From positions 1 to 35,605 of the forward strand of contig CAYPKL010000315.1 in the NCBI GenBank assembly GCA_964411285.1: a DNA stretch of 35,605 nucleotides, given 5' to 3'. Source of the DNA: an uncultured Rikenellaceae bacterium. Its GTDB lineage: Bacteria; Bacteroidota; Bacteroidia; Bacteroidales; VadinHA17. Numbering within the stretch: position 1 is the stretch's first letter; every line of letters starts with the position of its first letter. Of the stretch, positions 13,953 to 23,837 are shown one piece after another. The position numbers and the translations under genes were made by a program. The notes beneath the pieces are model-generated. The model did no database searches, was not told the DNA's origin, and saw only the letters and a program-made list of their open reading frames with translations.

Positions 13953-15545
13953 CTATCTCTTGACAACCAGCTGATTATAATCTAAAGGGTCGATTCTGGC
14001 ATTTATAATTACTGGTTCCCTGAGCAAGAGGGATTTTTTTATTGCTGTCTTCATTGCGTACTCAGTATCCACGCTGAATACTCTGACGCCAAAAAAAACA
14101 TCTGAACCGAACAAATCGCCGGAATAAAGCTTTGTACCTGATGGTGTAAGTTTTTGCCATGTTTTTTTAAGCCGGATAAGATTAAGCTCCTCATCAGAAA
14201 ATACGACAATTATTACAGGAAGATTATAACGTCTTGCAGTAATAATTTCACCTGCCATCATAAGAAAACCTCCATCGCCCGTTACGCATACTACAGTTGA
14301 ATCGGGCATGATAATCTGAGCCGCCAAAGCAGCGGGGATCCCGAATCCCATTCCGGACCACCCATTGGATATTATCAAATTCTTTCTTCCGTGAGTTTCC
14401 CAGTACTGGCCGATAAGATGAAGGTGTGATCCGACATCAGATGTCAGAATGGCATCGGACGGCAACTCTTCCTGCAAAACTTTTATTGCCGTAACAGGTC
14501 CAAAATGATCTGTTAATCCATGAAAGACCGAGGTCATCTTTTTACGGAGGGAAGGAATATCTGATAAATTATCAGAAGTTGCGGGAAGATGCGGTTTATT
14601 AAGAATGGTAAACCAATCTTCAGATGTAGAGATATATTGAACACAATTTACAGATGCCGGCATATCTGTCTTTGTCGTGTTAAAATGAATTAAAGGTACA
14701 TCGGGCATCCACGATTCATAGTTGAATTCCACGGGATCATAGCCTAACCCTATAACAAGATCAGCTTTATTAATGACTCCTTCAAGATAATTACTGAGCG
14801 CATGAAATAAAACACCTGCATAACATGGGTGATTTTCAGGTATAAGGCCTTTGGCCATCGGGGTTAAAAGGACCGGAATTTTATGTATTTCAAGAAATTC
14901 AAGCAGCTTGTTTCCGATATTTAATCTTGCAGAGGTCAACCCAACAGCCAGCAGCGGTTTGCGGCTTTTCTTAAGGAAAGAGATCAACCGGTTCTCGTCA
15001 TTTCCGGTAATTGTGTCGCGTGGGGATGGTTTTATTTGATGGGTCATTTTGACCTTCTTCAATGCCAAATCTGAAGGGAGACCTATATGGACCGGACCCG
15101 GATATTCCTCCATGGATAGTTTCAAAGCCTTTTCAATTGTTTCCACTGCATTTTCAGATGTCATCCTGAAGGTGGCTTTGGAAAGAGGTTCAAAGAGTTT
15201 CTGATGATTAATATTCATCTGGGTTGTCCTGTTTATCATAGCATCATCAATCTCACTTGTCAGAACAATTACGGGAGACCTGTCGAGCAGAGCTCCACCT
15301 GCTCCTGAAGCCAGGTTAACAGCTCCGGGACCATAAGTTGAATGGCAGACACCGGGAATCCCGGTCAGTCGTGCCGATACATCAGCCATTATCCCTGAAG
15401 CTGCTTCATTTGATGTCAGAATAAATTCTACGCCGGCGCACCGGAATGCTTCCATATAAGGAATTGAGTCTCCTCCCGGTATTCCGAAGACATACCTTAT
15501 TGAATATTTATTTAGTTGATCAGCAATGTATTCTGCGACAATCAT
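13953..15545 (-). CDS. thiamine pyrophosphate-binding enzyme (acetolactate synthase large-subunit-like family), substrate unknown
   Basis: 530 aa. It has the N-terminal FGIPGG motif, the central domain and the C-terminal TPP motif VTGDGGFLMMAGE...N. There is no adjacent small regulatory subunit. Confidence 0.85.
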   Translation of the reverse strand: MIVAEYIADQLNKYSIRYVFGIPGGDSIPYMEAFRCAGVEFILTSNEAASGIMADVSARLTGIPGVCHSTYGPGAVNLASGAGGALLDRSPVIVLTSEIDDAMINRTTQMNINHQKLFEPLSKATFRMTSENAVETIEKALKLSMEEYPGPVHIGLPSDLALKKVKMTHQIKPSPRDTITGNDENRLISFLKKSRKPLLAVGLTSARLNIGNKLLEFLEIHKIPVLLTPMAKGLIPENHPCYAGVLFHALSNYLEGVINKADLVIGLGYDPVEFNYESWMPDVPLIHFNTTKTDMPASVNCVQYISTSEDWFTILNKPHLPATSDNLSDIPSLRKKMTSVFHGLTDHFGPVTAIKVLQEELPSDAILTSDVGSHLHLIGQYWETHGRKNLIISNGWSGMGFGIPAALAAQIIMPDSTVVCVTGDGGFLMMAGEIITARRYNLPVIIVVFSDEELNLIRLKKTWQKLTPSGTKLYSGDLFGSDVFFGVRVFSVDTEYAMKTAIKKSLLLREPVIINARIDPLDYNQLVVKR

Positions 15546-15600
15546 AATTTCTGTTTGAACACGATAACAAATCTATTAAATTATAACGGCCGGCAGAAGA

Positions 15601-16578
15601 ATGGTAAAAAAATATTTTTTTTCACCATATTTGCGGCCTAATTATTCTTTATTGCACAGTAAGAGTAATACAATATTCTGGGCTATAATAGCATGTCTGC
15701 TATGGTCTACAGCTTATGCAGGGATAAAGCTTGGTCTTCAATATGATACCCCTTTGCACTTTGCCGGGATAAGGTTTATTATTTCCGGCCTTATGATACT
15801 GCCATTTACTGTCAGACCTTCAGAATATTTAAGGATGATTGGGGAAAACTGGAAAGTAGTAGTATGGGTAATGGTTCTGCAAACCCTTGTCAATTATTCG
15901 CTTTTCTACCTGGGTCTTGATCTTGTTCCCGGTGCTCTTGGTGCCGTTATAGTTGGATCCCAGCCGCTTGTAACTGCCGTTGTTGCTGCCCTGATGCATG
16001 AAGAAGAAAAGCTTACAAAAAATAAAATAATAACTATCATTTTCGGTATTTCCGGAGTTATTCTGATCAGCGCAGGAAGACAGGCGTTCAGAATGGGAAC
16101 AGCAATTGAATTTCTCGGAGTAATTTTGATACTCATTGCCAATATTGCTACAGCGACAAGTAATGTCATTGTATCATTGAAAAGCAAAGGAATGAATCCT
16201 CTCGTTTTAAGTTCGGCATCACTTGGCCTTGGAGGCCTTATAATCTACATCTTTTCATTTGTTATTGAAAGTCCTGTTACAGGTCCCAAACCTACTGAAT
16301 ACTGGCTTGATCTGCTGTGGCTGAGCTTTATGTCGGCTTTTGCCTTTTCTTTGTGGTTTAAACTTCTCCAACGACCCGGAGTAAAAGTTTCAGAGTTAAA
16401 CCTCTGGAAATTCATTATTCCCGTTGTGGGAGCGGTTTTAAGCTGGATTCTGGTTCCGGGGGAATATCCGGAATGGCTTACAATCACAGGTATGCTGATT
16501 ATTACAGGATCGCTGATAATGTTTTTTCTAATGCCGGGGAGGCAAAAAAATGATCAGAAAAAAATGACCTGCAAATGA
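15601..16578 (+). CDS. DMT superfamily (EamA-like) transporter
   Basis: 325 aa with about ten hydrophobic segments in two similar halves, as in EamA. The stop overlaps the next start (ATGA at 16575). Confidence 0.8.
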   Translation: MVKKYFFSPYLRPNYSLLHSKSNTIFWAIIACLLWSTAYAGIKLGLQYDTPLHFAGIRFIISGLMILPFTVRPSEYLRMIGENWKVVVWVMVLQTLVNYSLFYLGLDLVPGALGAVIVGSQPLVTAVVAALMHEEEKLTKNKIITIIFGISGVILISAGRQAFRMGTAIEFLGVILILIANIATATSNVIVSLKSKGMNPLVLSSASLGLGGLIIYIFSFVIESPVTGPKPTEYWLDLLWLSFMSAFAFSLWFKLLQRPGVKVSELNLWKFIIPVVGAVLSWILVPGEYPEWLTITGMLIITGSLIMFFLMPGRQKNDQKKMTCK

Positions 16579-18407
16579 AAAAGAAAATTACAGCCCTCAT
16601 AGTTTATTTCGTGTTCTGGTTGGCATTTTTCTTTTTTGCCAGATGCTTTTTTATCATCTCTCAGAGTAAAGAGGCTTTCCAGTTCAGTCCGGGAATTTTG
16701 GCCGGAACTTTTATTCACGGATTAAAACTGGATATTTCAGCGATCGGATATATTTTCATTTTCCCCCTGCTGTGCTTAATACTCTCGATCTGGATAAAAG
16801 GAGACTGGTTTAAAAGGTTTTTGAAATGGTACACATGGATCATACTCTTCTTATCTTCAATGATAATTGTAGCTGATTCAGTTTTATATACATACTGGGG
16901 CTTCAGAATGGATTACACTCCGTTTACCTATTTGAAAACTCCGAAGGAAGCAGCCGCTTCAGTGAGCACATTTAGTCTGATAATGGTTTGTCTTGCTGTT
17001 ATTTTAATAACACTGTTTTCCGGCTTTCTTTACAAGAGGTTTATTGCTGGATTCTTTTCTTATGAAAAGATAAAATACAGGCTGCCTGCCACATTGTTTT
17101 TCATGTTCTTATTCGCATCTCTTATAATCCCAATCAGGGGAGGAGTGGGAGTTGCACCCATTAATGCGGGTTCTGTCTATTTCAGTGAAGATATGTTTGT
17201 TAATCATACTTCCATCAATGTAGTCTGGAATGTAGGCAGTTCTTTCTTCAACCGGAAACCGGCTCAGAATCCTTATATATTCAGTGACATTGATTCTGCC
17301 AGGTTGCTTAAAGACTCCTTAACGGCAAATAATGGAGTACCCGGGAGGATACTGAACAACCAGAGGCCAAATATCCTTATGATAGTTCTGGAAAGTTTTG
17401 GCAATTCGCTTATCGGCCCTCTTGGAGGTGACTCTCTGACTACACCATGTCTGAACAGGCTGGTAAATGAAGGTATAACTTTTTCAAACTTCTATGCATC
17501 GGGTAATCGTACCGACAAAGCTCTTCCTGCGATATTGAACGGGTATCCGGCACAGCCAACAACCTCAATAATAAAAGAGCCGAAGAAAACCCAAACCCTC
17601 GCAAGTCTTGTAAAAATATTCAATGGATTGAATTATGAAACCTCTTTCTGGTACGGAGGTGACATTAATTTTGCAAACATCAACTCATTTGTAAGAGGAT
17701 CGGGTTTTAATCAGATTATTACAATGGAGAACTTTGACAAATCAGAATATAATTCAAAATGGGGTGTCCATGATCATATCCTGTTTGAAGCCTTAAGGGA
17801 TTCAATGAACACCATTAAGGAACCGTTCTTCAGGGTAGTGCTTACGCTCTCGAGCCACGAACCCTTTGAGGTCCCAATGGAACCGGTCTTCGGTGGAAAC
17901 GACAATCTGTCGAAATTTAAAAACTCAGTCTACTATGCCGATAAAGCCATGGGTGGATTTATTGACTGGGCCAAAACCACAGGCTGGTGGCAAAATACCC
18001 TTGTGATTATGGTTGCTGATCATTGCCGGAGGAATTCACTGGATGAACTGGTTTACTCACAGGAAATATATAAAATACCCATGCTTTGGATCGGCGGAGC
18101 TGTTCATGAACATGGCAGAAGGATTGACAAGCTAGGTACCCAGGTTGATATTCCGAATACACTACTGAATCAGCTTGATCTGAAGGGAGACTTTCCATTC
18201 GGAAAAGATCTGTTCTCGGACAAATCCAATTCATTTGCATTCTATACTTTTAATGAGGGATTTGCATTTCTGACAGACAGTTCGGCATATATATATGATC
18301 AAAAGCTTGGTAAACCAGTTCTTGAGGAAGGATTTAATCCGGAATTGGCTGGTAAATCAGGGAAAGCTTATCTTCAGGTATTGTATGATGATTATCTGAA
18401 AAGATAA
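16575..18407 (+). CDS. LTA synthase family protein (membrane-anchored sulfatase-fold phosphoglycerol/phosphoethanolamine transferase-like)
   Basis: 610 aa. Five N-terminal TM segments are followed by an extracytoplasmic sulfatase-like domain (MIVLESFG...SGNRTDKAL...ADH). Confidence 0.8.
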   Translation: MKKKITALIVYFVFWLAFFFFARCFFIISQSKEAFQFSPGILAGTFIHGLKLDISAIGYIFIFPLLCLILSIWIKGDWFKRFLKWYTWIILFLSSMIIVADSVLYTYWGFRMDYTPFTYLKTPKEAAASVSTFSLIMVCLAVILITLFSGFLYKRFIAGFFSYEKIKYRLPATLFFMFLFASLIIPIRGGVGVAPINAGSVYFSEDMFVNHTSINVVWNVGSSFFNRKPAQNPYIFSDIDSARLLKDSLTANNGVPGRILNNQRPNILMIVLESFGNSLIGPLGGDSLTTPCLNRLVNEGITFSNFYASGNRTDKALPAILNGYPAQPTTSIIKEPKKTQTLASLVKIFNGLNYETSFWYGGDINFANINSFVRGSGFNQIITMENFDKSEYNSKWGVHDHILFEALRDSMNTIKEPFFRVVLTLSSHEPFEVPMEPVFGGNDNLSKFKNSVYYADKAMGGFIDWAKTTGWWQNTLVIMVADHCRRNSLDELVYSQEIYKIPMLWIGGAVHEHGRRIDKLGTQVDIPNTLLNQLDLKGDFPFGKDLFSDKSNSFAFYTFNEGFAFLTDSSAYIYDQKLGKPVLEEGFNPELAGKSGKAYLQVLYDDYLKR

Positions 18408-18426
18408 ATTTACTAAATTTGTAAAC

Positions 18427-19734
18427 ATGGACCTCCGGCCTGTCAAGATATTTAGTACTAACGATACTCCCCGGCTGAAATACATCGCAGATCTGATCCT
18501 GCACGAAATTCTCGGTCTGTCGTGTGAAATTGTTACCGACCGACGGAAAATAGGACGATACCCTGTTATTAATTATTCGCAGGAAGAAATAAAAGGTTCA
18601 TTTAAAATAGGCCCGGCGACCCTTTTATTCGAAACGGGAATAAGAAACCAGGAGATTAAAATTTCTGAATGGAAAAATCTGCCTGTTTTTTTTCAGTGCT
18701 CCTCTGATTCCGATTTTCCTTTTGATGTTTTTGCTGCCTCTTTTTATATGGTTACCAGGTATGAAGAATACCTTGATGTCAAACCTGGTGAATATGGAGG
18801 ATTTAAAGCTTCAGGATCACTGGCTTTCAAACATGGGTTTCTGAAAATCCCTGTTGTTGATCTGTGGGTTAAAGAGATGGCTAAAGCTCTTCTGGGAAAA
18901 TTTCATACTCTGGCATTCAGGAGGAATCAATATAAAGCTTTGGTCACTTTTGATATTGATGAACCACTTTCTTTTCCTGACAGAAACCTTTTGGGCCATA
19001 TCAGTGGGTTCCTGCATGATTTAACCCTGAATAAAAGCAAGTCTTCGCATCGTTTTGGATTTCAGACCAAAGGAGAAAAGGATTCATATGAAGTTTTTGA
19101 CTATTTGTCCGGCAGTATTGAAAAAAGCAGCGCAGAAGCCAGGTTTTTTTTCCCGGTTGGCGACCAGTCTGACCATGACAGGAATCCATCGTGGAAGAAT
19201 GACAAATACAGAAACCTCATTAATGCCATCTCACATAAATCAGCAATAGGTATTCATGCTTCATTTAAAGCGTCAGCAGATTTGCCGGAGCTTGCTGTTG
19301 AGCTGAAAAGGCTCCGGAAAATTACCGGAAAAAAGATCGCCGCATGCAGGTTCCATCTCTTGAGAATTCTCATACCACGATCCTACCCGAACATTTCGAA
19401 GTCGGGGATAGAAGAAGACTACTCAATGGGTTATCCGGATGAACCGGGATTCAGAGCGGGAATTGCCAGGCCATTTCTTTTTTACAATATATCTGATGAC
19501 GAACCTACAGGAATGAGGATCATCCCTTTTCAGGTCATGGATTTAACTCTTAGGGATCATAAAGAATTAAATTCATCAATAGCGCAGGAGACTATAAAAA
19601 ATCTGATCCAGACGACAAAAAACGTCGGAGGTTTATATGTGAGCATATGGCATAATTCAATGCTTCTCGATATACCGGAATGTAAGGAATGGCGCGATGT
19701 TTTCGAATTTACACTTCAGGAACAGGTTATATGA
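18427..19734 (+). CDS. conserved Bacteroidota hypothetical protein, possibly polysaccharide deacetylase-like
   Basis: 435 aa. The N-terminal TPRLKYIADLILHEILGL resembles the N-terminus of Bacteroidota proteins annotated as polysaccharide deacetylase family. The assignment is from memory only. Confidence 0.45.
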   Translation: MDLRPVKIFSTNDTPRLKYIADLILHEILGLSCEIVTDRRKIGRYPVINYSQEEIKGSFKIGPATLLFETGIRNQEIKISEWKNLPVFFQCSSDSDFPFDVFAASFYMVTRYEEYLDVKPGEYGGFKASGSLAFKHGFLKIPVVDLWVKEMAKALLGKFHTLAFRRNQYKALVTFDIDEPLSFPDRNLLGHISGFLHDLTLNKSKSSHRFGFQTKGEKDSYEVFDYLSGSIEKSSAEARFFFPVGDQSDHDRNPSWKNDKYRNLINAISHKSAIGIHASFKASADLPELAVELKRLRKITGKKIAACRFHLLRILIPRSYPNISKSGIEEDYSMGYPDEPGFRAGIARPFLFYNISDDEPTGMRIIPFQVMDLTLRDHKELNSSIAQETIKNLIQTTKNVGGLYVSIWHNSMLLDIPECKEWRDVFEFTLQEQVI

Positions 19735-19740
19735 CCTGAA

Positions 19741-19803
19741 CCGATAGGCCGATACTCCTGATTCTTAACTTTTATCTTTGTACTTTTATCTTTTATCTTT
19801 TCG
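19741..19803. repeat. short-period tandem repeats filling the spacer between convergent genes
   Basis: CCGATAGG CCGATACT is followed by heptamers TTTATCT TTGTACT TTTATCT TTTATCT TTTCG, ending at the ftsE stop (19804). Confidence 0.75.
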
Positions 19804-20520
19804 TTAAAGTATTTCAAGATCTATCTCCTCATCATCCCTGACTTCAACCATTTTCCCGTTTTCGCATCTGATTGTTCTTGCAGGGAACTTTTTAAGGATT
19901 GTATAATTGTGAGTTGCTACAACAACTGCTCTGCCGGTATTACTGATATCCTTAAGAAGGGTAATTATTCCTTCGGATGTTTCTGGATCAAGGTTACCGG
20001 TAGGTTCGTCTGCAAGGATAATTTCAGGATCATTTAGAAGGGCTCTTCCTATTACGACACGCTGCTGTTCTCCCCCGGAAAGCTGATGTGGCATCTTATA
20101 ACCTTTAAGGTTAAGTCCGACCTTATTCAGGACTTCGTCTATTCTCTCTTCAATAAGTTTTTTGTCTTTCCATCCGGTGGCTTTAAGGACGAATTCGAGA
20201 TTTTCACTGACCGGCCTGTCAATAAGAAGCTGAAAATCCTGGAATACAATTCCTATTTTCCTGCGAAGAAAAGGAATCTCCCTTGTTTTTATTTCCTTCA
20301 GATTATAGCCGGCAACAAATCCGGTTCCCTCCCTTAGAGGCAGTTGGGCATTAATGGTTTTTATAAGACTTGATTTACCGCCTCCGACTTTTCCCACAAG
20401 GTATACATATTCCCCTTTATAAATTGTCAGGCTGACATTGCTTAACACCAGGTGATCCTGCTGCCAAATATTACAATCTTTAAGTTCAATTATATTTTCC
20501 GGTGGCTGATTTTCCTGCAT
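19804..20520 (-). CDS. ftsE: cell-division ABC ATPase FtsE
   Basis: 238 aa. Walker A is GKVGGGKSS, the signature is [15 protein letters not shown], Walker B is [11 protein letters not shown]. Size and sequence are typical of FtsE. No ftsX is adjacent. Confidence 0.8.
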   Translation of the reverse strand: MQENQPPENIIELKDCNIWQQDHLVLSNVSLTIYKGEYVYLVGKVGGGKSSLIKTINAQLPLREGTGFVAGYNLKEIKTREIPFLRRKIGIVFQDFQLLIDRPVSENLEFVLKATGWKDKKLIEERIDEVLNKVGLNLKGYKMPHQLSGGEQQRVVIGRALLNDPEIILADEPTGNLDPETSEGIITLLKDISNTGRAVVVATHNYTILKKFPARTIRCENGKMVEVRDDEEIDLEIL

Positions 20521-20593
20521 TTCGCATTGATTAACAATGCAAAATAAAGAAAGAATTGATAACTAATATTTATATGTTGATAAAATCAGTAAT

Positions 20594-20614
20594 AAACGCC
20601 TGACAGAGGCGTTT
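20594..20614. other. orphan 8-bp GC-cored stem-loop in the divergent ftsE / TPR intergenic region
   Basis: AAACGCCT (20594-20601) pairs with AGGCGTTT (20607-20614) around loop GACAG. T-rich sequence follows on both strands. Confidence 0.5.
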
Positions 20615-20748
20615 TATAATTGTAATTTTGCGTGAATCCAACGGACCAAGAAATTGTTATATATGGCTTATTATTAAGGTGTTGCTAATAAATTAATAAT
20701 CCGTAATTCAGGTATTGCATTAAAATAAAGGGCCAAAAATTGTAAGTT

Positions 20749-23700
20749 ATGAACAGAAAGAAAATATTCCTGATATCAGGTTTCATTCTCACTTTAACTA
20801 TCGCGGTCAATGCGCAGGTTTCCTTCTCCGGCAATAGCATCAGTTCGGAGTATAACAGGGGTCTCGACCTGTTTGACAAAGAAAAATATGCACAGGCCAT
20901 AAGGTTATTTGACTCATTTATCCGTCATGGGGATTTTGAAGATGAAATTCTTATTAATGAAGCAGAATACTTTGCTGCTCTTTCAGCTTTACGGATTTTT
21001 AATCCGGATGCTGAGTACAGAATGATTACTTTTATTTCGACACATCCAGAGAGTCCGAAAGTTAATGAAGCCAGGTTATCACTTGGAGATTATTTTTACC
21101 AGAATAAGAGCTACAGGAAAGCTGTTGAGTACTATGAATCTGTGAACAGACAGGAGCTGGAGAGTAAAAAAATACCTGAATATGCGTTCAGGTATGGGTA
21201 TTCTTCATATATAAGGGGAGATAAAGAAAAAGCGCAGCTGTTATTTTCTGAAATCAAGGATATCGATACTGATTATACACCTCCGGCGATCTATTATTAT
21301 TCTCAGATTGCTTATGAACAAAAAATGTATAAGACTGCCCTTGAGGGATTTACGAAATTAAAAAATGATGAAACATTTGGTCCGATAGTACCCTTTTATA
21401 TAACACAAATCCTTTATCTGAATAAAGATTACGATGAAATTCTCCGGGTCGCACCCGACCTTCTTAAATCGGCGCCGCAGGAACGTGCGGTTGAACTATA
21501 CAGATTTATTGGCGACGCATACTACAACCGTGAGAAATATAGCGACGCGTTGTCTTATCTGGAACAGTATTCTGCTAAGGCAAAAGTTATTGAAAGAGAA
21601 GATAAATATCAGCTTGGTTATTGTTATTACAAAACAGGAAACTATGATAAAGCAATAAAAGCATTGTCGGAAACGTCTGCCAAATCAGATCCGCTTAGCC
21701 AGAATATCTGGTATGTTCTGGGTGATTGTTATCTGCATAAAGGTGATAAGAAGAGGGCTCAGTTTGCATTCGGGCAGGCATCGCAGATGGATTTTGACGA
21801 CAAGCTGAAAGAGGATGCATTATTCAGTTTTGCCAAGCTTGCTTATGAAACTTCCTCATCACCCTTTGGCGAGGCTATAGCAGCGTTTCAGGAATATATT
21901 GAACTCTATCCCGGATCAGAAAAGATTGAAGAGGCCTATAATTACCTGGTTGCTACATTCACAGAGGTAAAGAATTATAAGGCAGCTATTACTGCTCTGG
22001 ATAAAATAAAGAATAAGGACAGCAGGCTTGAAGAGGCATATCAGAGAGTAACATTTTTCCGTGGCCTTGAGCTTCTAAAAAACCTGGAACTTGAACAATC
22101 GATAGATCTTTTCAATAAATCACTTAAATATGGAAAATACAGCAGGGATCTGATGGCCAGAGCAACTTACTGGAGAGGAGAAGCTGAATACAGACTAGGC
22201 AGGTATAATGAGGCAAAAGATGATTACGAATCATTTATTGGAATCCCGGGAGCATCATCCCTTGATGAGTATGGCCTTGTCAGGTACAATCTTGCCTATA
22301 CTTTCTTTAATCTTAAAGACTATTCATCGGCCCTGAATCATTTTAAAAGCTTTGAGGCAGGATCGGCTGGTCTGAAAGCTGATCTTCTTTCAGATACAAG
22401 GGTCAGAATAGCAGACTGCTATTTTATTACAACAAATTATCCGCAGGCAATCAGTTTTTATGACAAGGTAATTGAGGCAGGTAAATCTGAATCGGATTAT
22501 GCCATGTACCAGAAAGGATTCTGCATGGGTCTGACTAATAATCAAAAAGACAAGGTGGCGATACTTTCATCATTAATCAGTAAATATCCGTCTTCTTCTT
22601 ACGTCCCAAACTCGATTTTTGAAAGGGGAAGAGCTTATCTGGTCATGGAAGATTTCAGGAGGGGTGAATCTGACTTTATTAATGTTATTGCAAATTACCA
22701 GTCGAGTACATTTGTCCCAAGGTCAATTGTCCAGCTGGGGTTACTTTATTTTAACCAGGGAGAAAATGAAAAATCTGTGGCACAGTTTAAGAAAGTAATA
22801 GAAAACTACAGATCCACTCCCGAAGCGCGATATGCAATGACAGGGTTAAAAAATACCTATGTGGAAATGAATGATGTGGAAAGTTATTTTGCATATGTTA
22901 AAACCCTCGGATATGGAGACGTAAGCTCGGCAGAGAAAGACTCGATGCTTTACACATCAGGGGAGAACCTTTATATAACGGGGAAATATGACAGGGCTGC
23001 TGCAGCTTTCAGAAACTATCTTAATGAATTCAGCAATGGAAGTTTCCGTCTTAATGCTCAGTTTTACCTTGCTGAATGTCTGAACTCAGCTGCTGGGAAC
23101 AAGGATGAAGCGCTGAATTTATACAGGGAGGTGATTAAAACACCGAATAATCAATTCCTTGAGCAATCCCTGATTGCAGCATCCTCCTTATTATTTGATA
23201 AAGAAGATTTCTCTGCAGCATATGATTATTACGAAAAACTTGAAAACATTGCTTCTTCGCCGGATATTAAGCTGATTGCCCTCAGGGGTGAGTTGAGGTC
23301 GGCTTACCAGGAAGGGGATGCACAGAAGAGTATAAATGCATCCCGGAAAATCAAAAGCTCTTCCAACATGCCTGAAGAACTTGAAAGAGAAGCGACATTT
23401 ATCGGTGCAAAAGCTTATTACAGTTTAAACCAGTTTGATGAGGCATTAAGTGATTTCAGAAAAGCGGCAACAGAAATAAGCAGTATTGAAGGGGCTGAAT
23501 CGAAATACAGGGTCGCTGAGATACTGTTCATGAAGGGAAATACAGCGGAATCAGAAAAAGTAGTGACTCAGTTTATTGACCAGAATTCCCCACACCAGTA
23601 CTGGATGGCAAAAATGTTCCTTCTTCTTTCAGACATCAGTGTCAAGAAAGGAGATAAATTACAGGCGAGGGCTACACTGCAGAGTCTTAAGGAGTACTAT

Positions 23701-23769
23701 ACGACAACTGACGACGGTATTCTTGATGATGTAAACGAAAAACTGGCCTCGATTGATAGTGAAAATTAG
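20749..23769 (+). CDS. large secreted tetratricopeptide-repeat protein
   Basis: 1006 aa. It has a type I signal peptide (ILTLTIAVNA-QV). TPR-like Y/A/L periodicity runs throughout (for example YAQAIRLFDSF, YRKAVEYYESV, YDKAIKAL). Confidence 0.85.
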   Translation: MNRKKIFLISGFILTLTIAVNAQVSFSGNSISSEYNRGLDLFDKEKYAQAIRLFDSFIRHGDFEDEILINEAEYFAALSALRIFNPDAEYRMITFISTHPESPKVNEARLSLGDYFYQNKSYRKAVEYYESVNRQELESKKIPEYAFRYGYSSYIRGDKEKAQLLFSEIKDIDTDYTPPAIYYYSQIAYEQKMYKTALEGFTKLKNDETFGPIVPFYITQILYLNKDYDEILRVAPDLLKSAPQERAVELYRFIGDAYYNREKYSDALSYLEQYSAKAKVIEREDKYQLGYCYYKTGNYDKAIKALSETSAKSDPLSQNIWYVLGDCYLHKGDKKRAQFAFGQASQMDFDDKLKEDALFSFAKLAYETSSSPFGEAIAAFQEYIELYPGSEKIEEAYNYLVATFTEVKNYKAAITALDKIKNKDSRLEEAYQRVTFFRGLELLKNLELEQSIDLFNKSLKYGKYSRDLMARATYWRGEAEYRLGRYNEAKDDYESFIGIPGASSLDEYGLVRYNLAYTFFNLKDYSSALNHFKSFEAGSAGLKADLLSDTRVRIADCYFITTNYPQAISFYDKVIEAGKSESDYAMYQKGFCMGLTNNQKDKVAILSSLISKYPSSSYVPNSIFERGRAYLVMEDFRRGESDFINVIANYQSSTFVPRSIVQLGLLYFNQGENEKSVAQFKKVIENYRSTPEARYAMTGLKNTYVEMNDVESYFAYVKTLGYGDVSSAEKDSMLYTSGENLYITGKYDRAAAAFRNYLNEFSNGSFRLNAQFYLAECLNSAAGNKDEALNLYREVIKTPNNQFLEQSLIAASSLLFDKEDFSAAYDYYEKLENIASSPDIKLIALRGELRSAYQEGDAQKSINASRKIKSSSNMPEELEREATFIGAKAYYSLNQFDEALSDFRKAATEISSIEGAESKYRVAEILFMKGNTAESEKVVTQFIDQNSPHQYWMAKMFLLLSDISVKKGDKLQARATLQSLKEYYTTTDDGILDDVNEKLASIDSEN

Positions 23770-23837
23770 GTTCACTTATTCAGGTTTTACAAATTATGAA
23801 TTTTAAAATGGAAAACAGAATAGGAAATCAAGTCAAT

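Noticed and set aside
13953-15545. Linking the TPP enzyme to the E1/E2 operon, or calling it acetolactate synthase (ilvB) or IolD
   Set aside because: It lies 5 kb away with unrelated genes in between. It has no adjacent small subunit or ilv/iol genes. Family-level motifs alone cannot assign a substrate.
20685-20900. 71-aa minus-strand ORF overlapping the start of the TPR gene
   Set aside because: It overlaps the signal-peptide region of a well-supported 1006-aa gene on the opposite strand and has no recognisable features.
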